Shown: positions 7,917 to 15,916 of the stretch, piece after piece | Layout of the letters: each line of letters starts with the position of its first letter | How positions within the stretch are numbered: the first letter of the stretch is position 1 | Virus record (IMG/VR): IMGVR_UViG_3300025769_012879 | Span: 1-64,000 of that record | DNA: 64,000 nt | From: a virus | Strand: one strand, 5' to 3' | Translations under genes and position numbers: made by a program | The notes under the pieces: model-generated | What the model saw: only the letters and a program-made list of their open reading frames with translations | What the model was told of the DNA's origin: nothing | Database searches by the model: none

Positions 7917-8578
7917 TACTTTTTCTTTTTTAAGCGTTGTGTCTTTTTCTTAGACGCTTCCTTTCTCTTTGTAGCATAATCATATGCTTTTTTCAAGCGC
8001 TTTTTTGTTTCAGGGTTCTTTGCATTACGATAAGCAGCACGAACTCGCTGATGTATGAGATTTATTATTTGAGATTGACGGGCATGATCTTTGGACTTAA
8101 AGTCAGATCTTGAGAGTGTATCTCTGATGTCTGAGACAGTTTTAAATTTTACTGGGACCGTATCTTTTGGATTCTCATCTGTGTAAAGGCGACGACTTGA
8201 ACCTTTTGGTTTTTTACCAGTGCCTTTAGCGGGTTCTTTCTTTTCGCCCATGTGTTTGAAGTATTGTACTTCACGTTCACGTTGACGAATTGCTTTTTTA
8301 GTTGTTTTACAACCCAATTTTCTACGTTTGCCTGTTTTTCGGTTCTTTTTCTTGGAGTATAGGCAGTATTTGTCACCAACTTTACGAATAATTTCTTCTA
8401 GTGGTTCTTCAATTTGCTCATTTTTATAATGACCACCACGTTTTTTACGCTTGCAGTATGCTTTCTGACTAAACCCTTTTGGATTTGAGCAATTTATTGA
8501 TTTTTTGTATTTTACAGACCAGCGTTTTTTCTTTTTGCCAGTTCTGGGTTTATTGTATTCAACAATTATGCGAATCAT
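7916..8578 (-). CDS. Highly basic three-module protein, probable internal head polyprotein
   Basis: Modules WSVKYKKSINCSNPKGFSQKAYC / IRKVGDKYCLYSKK..REVQYFKH / GTGKKPKGSSRRLYTDENPKD, separated by Glu sites. Confidence 0.65.
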   Translation of the reverse strand: MIRIIVEYNKPRTGKKKKRWSVKYKKSINCSNPKGFSQKAYCKRKKRGGHYKNEQIEEPLEEIIRKVGDKYCLYSKKKNRKTGKRRKLGCKTTKKAIRQREREVQYFKHMGEKKEPAKGTGKKPKGSSRRLYTDENPKDTVPVKFKTVSDIRDTLSRSDFKSKDHARQSQIINLIHQRVRAAYRNAKNPETKKRLKKAYDYATKRKEASKKKTQRLKKKK

Positions 8579-8582
8579 ATAG

Positions 8583-8589
8583 TAAGTAG
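8583..8589 (-). promoter_or_regulatory. Putative late promoter CTACTTA, 4 nt before ATG
   Basis: Minus strand reads CTACTTA-CTAT-ATG. Confidence 0.55.
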
Positions 8590-8590
8590 T

Positions 8591-8830
8591 CTAAGATGAC
8601 TTACTTTTTTCCCAACAATCTGGACAAACTAGCGCTTTTTTGTCACCATCTGCGACAACCATCCAAGACATTGCCATCTCTCTACTCTTTTTATCAAAGT
8701 CGCGATTGCAGAGTGAACAATTATCAGGTAAAAATATACTGCTTAACTTACTTTGAAGTTCTTTGTTAGCATCTTTCTCTTCTTTTAGATGTTTCTTTCT
8801 TTTAATTTTTCTTTTTAAGTTATTACTCAT
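8591..8830 (-). CDS. Small zinc-ribbon protein
   Basis: CSLC...CPDC. Confidence 0.7.
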   Translation of the reverse strand: MSNNLKRKIKRKKHLKEEKDANKELQSKLSSIFLPDNCSLCNRDFDKKSREMAMSWMVVADGDKKALVCPDCWEKSKSS

Positions 8831-8865
8831 AATTTGATGGTAACATATTTTATATTCAGTATTAA

Positions 8866-8872
8866 CTATTTA
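8866..8872 (+). promoter_or_regulatory. Putative late promoter CTATTTA
   Basis: Intergenic, then GGAGA SD. Confidence 0.55.
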
Positions 8873-8895
8873 TTTTTAGTTGCGGAGAAATTAAC

Positions 8896-9252
8896 ATGAA
8901 AGTACGTTTTGTCATCAAAGAGCAGGAAGATACTTTGGTTCAACCACCAGAGGAAGTCACTTCTGGCAAGAATGAATTAAAAAATCAGATTGACTCAGAA
9001 CTATTAAATCTAAATCTTGATGATGTAGACACTCAACAATTAGAAAATTTACTAAATCAAATTAAAACAATGAAAGGTGAAGATGCAGCATCACTTGCAG
9101 AGAAGAAAAAGTTGACAAAATCTAAAATCAAAAAGAGAGATGAAATTGCCGATGCGATTTCTACTAAAGACATTGAGAAGCGATATGGTGTTGGCAAAAA
9201 GAAAGCAAAAGATATCAAATATGCAATTGCCACAAAGACAGCAATGAAGTAG
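8896..9252 (+). CDS. Putative internal head protein (acidic propeptide plus basic C-terminal module)
   Basis: MKVRFVIKE leader; acidic half, then SLAE followed by KKKLTKSKIKKRDEIADAI..YAIATK. Confidence 0.65.
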   Translation: MKVRFVIKEQEDTLVQPPEEVTSGKNELKNQIDSELLNLNLDDVDTQQLENLLNQIKTMKGEDAASLAEKKKLTKSKIKKRDEIADAISTKDIEKRYGVGKKKAKDIKYAIATKTAMK

Positions 9253-9257
9253 AAAAA

Positions 9258-10193
9258 ATGAAACTAATACTTGAAAATTGGCGAAACTTTTTAAATGAGC
9301 AAGATGATGCAACAGTCCCAGCAAAACCAGGGGCAAAAAAAGCATTTTATGATGCTCCAACAGCAAAATTAGGTCCTAAAAAAGACGTTGAAGATCAAGA
9401 ATTGGACCCTATTGAACTTACGACTGACATAGAAAAAGAAAATGCGAAGCAAATTTTCTTATATTACTTGAAAGAGAGAAATGTTAGAGACATTTTTAAC
9501 TTAGGTACAATGCCAAAAGATCAAGAATTTAATAAAATGATGAAAGAACCAGCAAAGGTTAAAAAATTCATTGATCATATGGTTGCAAAAAACGATATTT
9601 TGAAAAAAAATAAGATTAAAGAGTTTTTAGGGGCAGGATCTTTTGGATTTGTTGTACTTTTAGATAACGATCATGCACTTAAAATTTATAGTGGTTCATT
9701 TGATCCAGAAAAAATCATCGACTTAGGTGCCAAAACTGACCGTGAGAGATATCAAACATCTCAAGAAAAGGCATTCGGTGGAGTTGGAGACATTACAGAC
9801 TTGCACATCTATGATGAAGGTGAGATTGAGTTACCAACAGACCGCACTTGGTACTATGCAGAGATGCCAGAGTTAGTAAAACTTAGTGATCATATCCGTT
9901 TTGTACATAAAGATAAGAACCCAGCGGAAGTTACCACTAAATTAGACCTTGAAATTACAAAGTTGAAGTATATTGCTCAAGATGATGTTGAAAATGAAAC
10001 TGAAAGTGACATTGAAAGTGTCATGAAGGAACACAATATTACTCTTTTGGACAAAAAGTTTGCAGCAAATCTTTTGGATCAGTTAAGAGACATGCTAAAA
10101 ACAAAAACTTTTGAACAAATTCAAGATGTTAGAGGAGCAAACATTGGAATCATGCGTGGAAAAGAAGAGATTCCAGTGATTTTTGACTACTAA
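9258..10193 (+). CDS. Protein-kinase-like fold protein with MKLILENWRNFLNE leader
   Basis: LGAGSFGFV Gly loop, ALKI lysine, DVRGANIG catalytic loop, terminal VIFD. Confidence 0.7.
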   Translation: MKLILENWRNFLNEQDDATVPAKPGAKKAFYDAPTAKLGPKKDVEDQELDPIELTTDIEKENAKQIFLYYLKERNVRDIFNLGTMPKDQEFNKMMKEPAKVKKFIDHMVAKNDILKKNKIKEFLGAGSFGFVVLLDNDHALKIYSGSFDPEKIIDLGAKTDRERYQTSQEKAFGGVGDITDLHIYDEGEIELPTDRTWYYAEMPELVKLSDHIRFVHKDKNPAEVTTKLDLEITKLKYIAQDDVENETESDIESVMKEHNITLLDKKFAANLLDQLRDMLKTKTFEQIQDVRGANIGIMRGKEEIPVIFDY

Positions 10194-10427
10194 ATGAGAA
10201 AATTATTACCATTTTTCATAGTTTTAGCAATTTCAATGCCTGTTTTTGGAAAATCAAAGGCAAAGTTCTATGATTTTAGTGACCAACTCATTGACGGCAA
10301 CATAAAAAAACCATCAACCATCTTTATGGAGTCTAGAGTTAGAGCAAAATTCGATAAATTGCTAAAATTGAAGAAATCTTTCATTCCAAGATTGCTAATG
10401 ACCGGAAAAAACCCAAATTTAAAGTAA
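10194..10427 (+). CDS. Secreted CglF/GltF-like peptide
   Basis: Signal peptide, then YDFSDQLIDGNIKKP...R..FDKLLKLKKSFIPRL, matching the recalled CglF pattern. Confidence 0.6.
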   Translation: MRKLLPFFIVLAISMPVFGKSKAKFYDFSDQLIDGNIKKPSTIFMESRVRAKFDKLLKLKKSFIPRLLMTGKNPNLK

Positions 10428-10433
10428 AAATTC

Positions 10434-10730
10434 TTAGTGAACCGTCAAACTAACGTATTTTGACAGAAAATCTTCAATTGTAGCACTATCATCAATCCTT
10501 TGCTTGACTTCTTTCATTATTTCCAAGCACTCTATCGTGTTTAGATTGTCTGAATGGTCTTCTATGAGGTCAGATAACAGATTTATTGTCTCAATTACGT
10601 TGTTAGTGTAGAGAATGAGCATATCAAAGACGTGATCTTCTAAATGATGGTTCTCTATGAGTAGCATTTTGGCACGATTGCGACAGGATAAGGCAATCCC
10701 CAAAATTTTAAGTATATCTTTTAGTTCCAT
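10434..10730 (-). CDS. Hypothetical protein
   Basis: ORF track 10434..10766; the ATG at 10730 (MELKD) is the more likely start. Confidence 0.6.
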   Translation of the reverse strand: MELKDILKILGIALSCRNRAKMLLIENHHLEDHVFDMLILYTNNVIETINLLSDLIEDHSDNLNTIECLEIMKEVKQRIDDSATIEDFLSKYVSLTVH

Positions 10731-10743
10731 AGAGTAGATTATA

Positions 10744-10950
10744 CTACTTTTTGGAAACTTTTTCAAATAATTCTAAAAATTGTTTGTCCAACTGACTTTT
10801 ATTGTTTGATTTTACGCTAAACTTGTAAGTCTGTTCAAACTTTTGCATGAATTGTGCTTTTCTTTTGTTATCTTTTTTCATGAATGCGCTTGAACTTATT
10901 GCGGATAAAATTATAATACTAAAAGAAAAAAGAACTAAAAAGTTTTTCAA
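10744..10950 (-). CDS. Small protein with N-terminal hydrophobic or signal segment
   Basis: TTG start with GGAGG SD. Confidence 0.55.
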   Translation of the reverse strand: MKNFLVLFSFSIIILSAISSSAFMKKDNKRKAQFMQKFEQTYKFSVKSNNKSQLDKQFLELFEKVSKK

Positions 10951-10966
10951 AACTCAACCCTCCCAG

Positions 10967-10973
10967 GTATTTA
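10967..10973 (+). promoter_or_regulatory. Putative late promoter variant GTATTTA, 4 nt before ATG
   Basis: GTATTTA-TAAT-ATG; also overlaps a TATAAT. Confidence 0.45.
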
Positions 10974-10977
10974 TAAT

Positions 10978-11682
10978 ATGAAGAAAATTATTGTTGTGCT
11001 AATTTTTCTAACTCTAAATAGTTGTTCGATGTCATCAATCCGCACAAAATCTGTTTTTTTTAGTGGGACTTTCTTAAAAATTGAAAAAAGTGTGACTGTT
11101 ACGGTCTGCAATCCTAAAAACCGAAGTCAATGCCTCACAAGAGTAATGGAATCAAGTGCATCATCTTTTTTGATTGGTCATAAAAAGAACAAATCATATA
11201 TTATGACTTCTGCTCACGTCTGCTTAACAGATTATGGTAAGTTGATGACACTTCCAGGTTTCCGAGCAGACGAAACTTTCTATGGTTTAACTGAGAAGAT
11301 GGAAAAGCATCTTTATTTTATTGAAGCAGTTGATAAAGAATCAGACCTTTGTATCGTATCAACTAAGCGTTTTAAAGGTAAACCATTTAAGATCGCAAGA
11401 AAGAACCCAAAAAGAGGTGAAAAGATTTACAATATTGCTGCGCCTCTTGGAGTGTTTGAGAAAGATTTAGTTCCTCTCTTCGAAGGATACTTTACAGGAC
11501 AGGCACATGATAGGACTGTTCTATCTTTACCAGCAACTGGTGGATCATCTGGTTCTCCAGTATTGAATGAAAATGGAAAAGTTATTGGAGTTGTCAGTGC
11601 CGTGGTGAGAAATTTTCATCACGTAGTCGTATCATCAACCTTAAAACAAATAAAAACAATCATAAAAAGTGTAAATAAATAA
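10978..11682 (+). CDS. Trypsin-like (S1) serine protease, probable lipoprotein
   Basis: TSAHVC, DLC, GGSSGSPV triad motifs; LNSC lipobox-like site. Confidence 0.85.
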   Translation: MKKIIVVLIFLTLNSCSMSSIRTKSVFFSGTFLKIEKSVTVTVCNPKNRSQCLTRVMESSASSFLIGHKKNKSYIMTSAHVCLTDYGKLMTLPGFRADETFYGLTEKMEKHLYFIEAVDKESDLCIVSTKRFKGKPFKIARKNPKRGEKIYNIAAPLGVFEKDLVPLFEGYFTGQAHDRTVLSLPATGGSSGSPVLNENGKVIGVVSAVVRNFHHVVVSSTLKQIKTIIKSVNK

Positions 11683-11683
11683 A

Positions 11684-11690
11684 CTATTTA
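11684..11690 (+). promoter_or_regulatory. Putative late promoter CTATTTA heading the 11.7-24.5 kb operon
   Basis: Intergenic motif. Confidence 0.55.
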
Positions 11691-11706
11691 CTTAGGTTGT
11701 GATATT

Positions 11707-12147
11707 ATGTCTGAAATGAATGAAGTAAAACATAAAAATGAGAATCCTAATCAAGCATCAATGGCAGTGATTGTTTCTCCAAAGGATGAGATTTTATTAC
11801 TTAAAAGACCAAGCAATCTGCGAGAAGAACACTTTCCAAATAAATGGTGTTTAGCGGGTGGTGGTGGTCTTGAGGGTGAGTCACCAATTGAGAATGTTAT
11901 TAGAGAAGTTTCAGAGGAAACCGGTATACAACTTGAATCCAATATGCTGCACTATTTATTAAATAAGCGAGATGGGGATAAGAATTATCATTTTTTCTAT
12001 GCAAGAACGGATCAGCAACCAAGTATTATGAATGTTTTAGATGAGCATGAAGAATTTAGGTGGATCAGAGCGGACGAAATTGAAGATTATGATATGATTA
12101 AAGACACTCACAGTATTATAAAAATGGCTTTACGGAATATAATGTAA
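11707..12147 (+). CDS. Nudix hydrolase
   Basis: GGGGLEGESPIENVIREVSEETG Nudix box. Confidence 0.9.
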   Translation: MSEMNEVKHKNENPNQASMAVIVSPKDEILLLKRPSNLREEHFPNKWCLAGGGGLEGESPIENVIREVSEETGIQLESNMLHYLLNKRDGDKNYHFFYARTDQQPSIMNVLDEHEEFRWIRADEIEDYDMIKDTHSIIKMALRNIM

Positions 12148-15100
12148 TGAAATTAACAGTAGCAACAGATGAATTAGATTTTGCTCAAAAATCAACTTTA
12201 AATAAGGATTTTTGGCAAGATGAAAAATTAAACCCAGAAGTTAGAAAGGTAATCCTTGCTATTGTTAAAAATTATCTACAATCAACAAATTTAGAAATCG
12301 ATATCGATGATGTTGATGAGATTGAATTTACAGGAAGTTTGGCGAACTATAATCACAATAAATTTAGTGATGTTGACATTCACTTACTCTTTGACTTTTC
12401 AAAGTTGGGAAAAGATCCAGATTTTATGCGCGAACTGCTTGTTGCAAAAGCAATTAACTGGAACGATAGACACAACGTAACAATTTTTGGTCATGAAGTT
12501 GAGTTGTATATCACTGATGCTGGCACTGATCATCATTCGACTGGTGTATACAGTATAAAAGATGATGAATGGTTGGTCAAACCCGTCAGAGATCCAAAGT
12601 TATCCGCAGAATTAAACTTAAATAAAGTAAAAGACAAAGCAGATAAAATTTCTAAAAACATTGACATGCTTGTCGTTAAAGATGAACTATCTTATGATGC
12701 ACTAGAAACGTTGAAAGATAAAATCAGAAAGATGCGCGAAGCAGGTTTGGAAACCGGCGGTGAATACTCCACAGAAAACTTGGCGTTTAAACTGCTCAGA
12801 AGGCGCGGAGAACTAAATACTCTCTATTCCCTTATGAACCAAGCACAAGATGCAGAACTCTCGTTAGACGAGGATATAGAGTGGTGGAAGAAGCGTCGTA
12901 GTTTGGATAATAAAAACTACCGCGAACTCATGGGTCACATCAACAAAAAAAGCAACTTTAAAAGAAAGTACGCTGGTAAAAATATTGGTTACCCAAAATC
13001 TGTTAGTCGTAAAAAAATATCAAAAATGGGTCCTCCATACGATGTAGACCCACCAATGAAACTACCAAAAAGTGGACCACCCGGTGTTGGAGCACTTGAA
13101 GAAGAGAATAATCTAACTGAAGATAAAATACCAAACAGTCTAAAAAGTGCATTTGACAAAATAAAAAATGCAACAATGAAATTCCAAGTATTAAAACCAG
13201 CAAAAGGAACATTAGGTTTTATTACTGCTGTTGGTTTTATACCAGGAAAAACTTATACTGCCACAATAACTGGGAACGATATTAATTTTCCAAAAACAGA
13301 AAAGTTTGCTATGACAAAAACTAAAGCAGAGTTTTTAAACGATCTTGAAACTAAAAATCAAGGTCAATTTTGCGATATCTTAAATTGTAAAACGTCAACA
13401 ATAACAACAGGTGGCAAAACACAAACTCTTGAAAAGTTTATAGCAAGCGTTATGACTCCTCAAGTGAAACCGGCAGTAAAAAAACAGCAGGTAAAAAAAT
13501 CTGATCCACTTTATGATAAACCTGGGGTTTATAATGTTTTAGGAAGTGGTGAACCAGGACAGATATCACAGAGTAACATAAAAAGAATTCTAACCAACCT
13601 GTTGAAATATCGTCGTGTTGGTGACTTAATAAGACTATCTTTTAGAGATATTGATGACACCAGCGGTGGAGGACAAAATAAGTGTTTGAAACCCCACTCA
13701 TTCACAGTTAGATATTCAGATCCACAAAAGGAAGAGTACACTCTAAGTTTAGATCAAAAAAGTTACAAAAATATTGTACACCCAGACAACATGATCAATG
13801 GTCAATATCTTGTAGATATTGAACCTTGCCTGCCAAATCAAAGTGAGAACTTTAAACTAAACGTTGTTCAATTATATAACTTTATTAAAAATTATTTAGT
13901 TGCAGGTCAGTTATCAAAAATCGATGTATATCTTGAAGATGAAGATCTTGCTCCCGGCGCAACAAAAGTTTCTTATATTGGCAGAGAAGAGCAGGAAAAG
14001 ATTGATAAACAAGTCGCTGTACAAAGGCAGAGAGAAATCGAAGCGTGGAAATTGGACCCTGTAAACGTAAAGAAAAGTAAGTTTAGAAGAAAAATTGAAA
14101 AAACCAAAGCAGTTGTATTTATTACCCCAGTCTATAATGACACGTCTTTCTTTATCAACTATTCAAATGCATTGTCAACTGGTATGAAGACTATTGAGAA
14201 AGTCTATAAAGATGTTGAACAGGACAAATTGAGCGATGCGCTTAAAGATGGTTTAGCAGGAGTGTTTAACGCATTTTCACAAAATATTATTTTCCCAGAA
14301 AATGGTAAAAATGGCATGATTAAAATTTTATCTGCCACAAATAGTGCAACTATAAAAACACAATCAGTGGCAAGTTCGATTGCTGGTGTTGTTAGGGAAC
14401 CCGCAGTAAACTTACTCATGAATTATATTAATGAAAATATAAAATGGGAAAAGTATGCAGCAGTAAAATATCCAAATTTTGATCCAAACAACCCACCTGA
14501 AGATAAATTTTCTCTAAAATATATTGAATGGGCAGCAACGAAGGCAAAATATGAAGCGTCAAAGTTGGCATTTGAAGAGTTTAAAAAGTCACTTCTAACC
14601 AGAAAGTCAATAGCATCACTTGTAAAAAGACTTTTGACGAATAGAAAAACTTTGACACTTCCACTTAACGAGATGCTCAGACTAATAGATGTTCAATCAG
14701 ATTATGATGTATGCAAAATGTTTGATTGCAAAAAAACAATTATTAGATCACGATTTGTAAAAGGAACAGAAGGGGTTATCAAACCAAAAGATACTAAAAC
14801 AACTGGCGTTGTACAAGGGACAATGACTTTAGAGAAGTTCTTAGAGTTGGATGACGATGCAATTGCACCTGCTGCAATAGTCAAAGCAAAAGTTAAACAA
14901 AAGACTGACGTTCAAAAGCAAACGACCGAACCACAGAAAAAAGAACCAGAAGTTACCGTATCTGCTACTGGTTATATTCGTGTCGCAACAGAACAATACA
15001 CAAAATTTGACCAAGGCAAATTAAAAGAGGGCAATCCAAAGGCATGGAAATTAATTGCTGAACTTTGGCGAGTTGGAGCAAAAGATCGAAAAATATATCT

Positions 15101-15896
15101 TAATACCCTTAGTGGAATGGAATATGGATTTATCACGACAGGTCTAGAAGTTGACGGGAAAATTTTAAATCAAAGAGAAATTATTCAAAAATTTGGACGT
15201 GATAAAGCGGCAACAGGGACCGGAGGCGTTGTTTTGCCATCAAGCGTCATGACAAAGAAAAACATTGAAAAATTCTATAAAAAATATGAAAAAGATTTGC
15301 CATACGAAAAAGAACAATATATAGAAGTATTTAAAGGTAATGATTATACTTGTAGCAGTTATTGGTCTTCTGCATTTATAAATTACTGTATGCGTGGAGA
15401 TTCCGACTTTCAAACACTATTAAGAAAAAGTCCAATTAAAAATCGTGGCAATCATAAATCTTATTGGCACGCTGGAGCAGAAAACGTTGTCAGACTTGTG
15501 AAAAAATATAAAGAAGAAATAGATGCAGGTAAAAGTGAGAGTGATGCAATTAAAAGTGCCATTGAGGAAGTGAAATTGTTTGGTAAATGGATATTTTTAC
15601 GCCCAAATGTTGCAGAAAAAATTAAATTTAAAGAAGGCAACACCATCGGAAAAGTTGGCGATATTGTTATGGTGACTATGAGTGGAAGCATGAGAAGACT
15701 TCACGGCGACATAAAGATAGATCCAAATACAAGAGTTGGTGGTAATGTTCGCGATACGGTTTATGGTAAAACGCGAAACATAAATGTTGGTGGAGTAGTA
15801 ACCAAAAACGAAGAAGCACTAAGAAGTGCAATAGAACTATTTAAAACAGAGTACAACTCAAATATTCAAAGTTTTAAAAGGGCAAATTACAAATAA
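12147..15896 (+). CDS. Multidomain protein: Pol-beta-type nucleotidyltransferase, basic module, repeats, C-terminal DUF2272/CHAP-like domain
   Basis: TGSLANYN..SDVDIH..VELY; WSSAFINYCM..GDIV..HGDI..GGNV. Confidence 0.7.
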   Translation: MKLTVATDELDFAQKSTLNKDFWQDEKLNPEVRKVILAIVKNYLQSTNLEIDIDDVDEIEFTGSLANYNHNKFSDVDIHLLFDFSKLGKDPDFMRELLVAKAINWNDRHNVTIFGHEVELYITDAGTDHHSTGVYSIKDDEWLVKPVRDPKLSAELNLNKVKDKADKISKNIDMLVVKDELSYDALETLKDKIRKMREAGLETGGEYSTENLAFKLLRRRGELNTLYSLMNQAQDAELSLDEDIEWWKKRRSLDNKNYRELMGHINKKSNFKRKYAGKNIGYPKSVSRKKISKMGPPYDVDPPMKLPKSGPPGVGALEEENNLTEDKIPNSLKSAFDKIKNATMKFQVLKPAKGTLGFITAVGFIPGKTYTATITGNDINFPKTEKFAMTKTKAEFLNDLETKNQGQFCDILNCKTSTITTGGKTQTLEKFIASVMTPQVKPAVKKQQVKKSDPLYDKPGVYNVLGSGEPGQISQSNIKRILTNLLKYRRVGDLIRLSFRDIDDTSGGGQNKCLKPHSFTVRYSDPQKEEYTLSLDQKSYKNIVHPDNMINGQYLVDIEPCLPNQSENFKLNVVQLYNFIKNYLVAGQLSKIDVYLEDEDLAPGATKVSYIGREEQEKIDKQVAVQRQREIEAWKLDPVNVKKSKFRRKIEKTKAVVFITPVYNDTSFFINYSNALSTGMKTIEKVYKDVEQDKLSDALKDGLAGVFNAFSQNIIFPENGKNGMIKILSATNSATIKTQSVASSIAGVVREPAVNLLMNYINENIKWEKYAAVKYPNFDPNNPPEDKFSLKYIEWAATKAKYEASKLAFEEFKKSLLTRKSIASLVKRLLTNRKTLTLPLNEMLRLIDVQSDYDVCKMFDCKKTIIRSRFVKGTEGVIKPKDTKTTGVVQGTMTLEKFLELDDDAIAPAAIVKAKVKQKTDVQKQTTEPQKKEPEVTVSATGYIRVATEQYTKFDQGKLKEGNPKAWKLIAELWRVGAKDRKIYLNTLSGMEYGFITTGLEVDGKILNQREIIQKFGRDKAATGTGGVVLPSSVMTKKNIEKFYKKYEKDLPYEKEQYIEVFKGNDYTCSSYWSSAFINYCMRGDSDFQTLLRKSPIKNRGNHKSYWHAGAENVVRLVKKYKEEIDAGKSESDAIKSAIEEVKLFGKWIFLRPNVAEKIKFKEGNTIGKVGDIVMVTMSGSMRRLHGDIKIDPNTRVGGNVRDTVYGKTRNINVGGVVTKNEEALRSAIELFKTEYNSNIQSFKRANYK

Positions 15897-15916
15897 GGGT
15901 AGCAAGAGGAAAAGAA

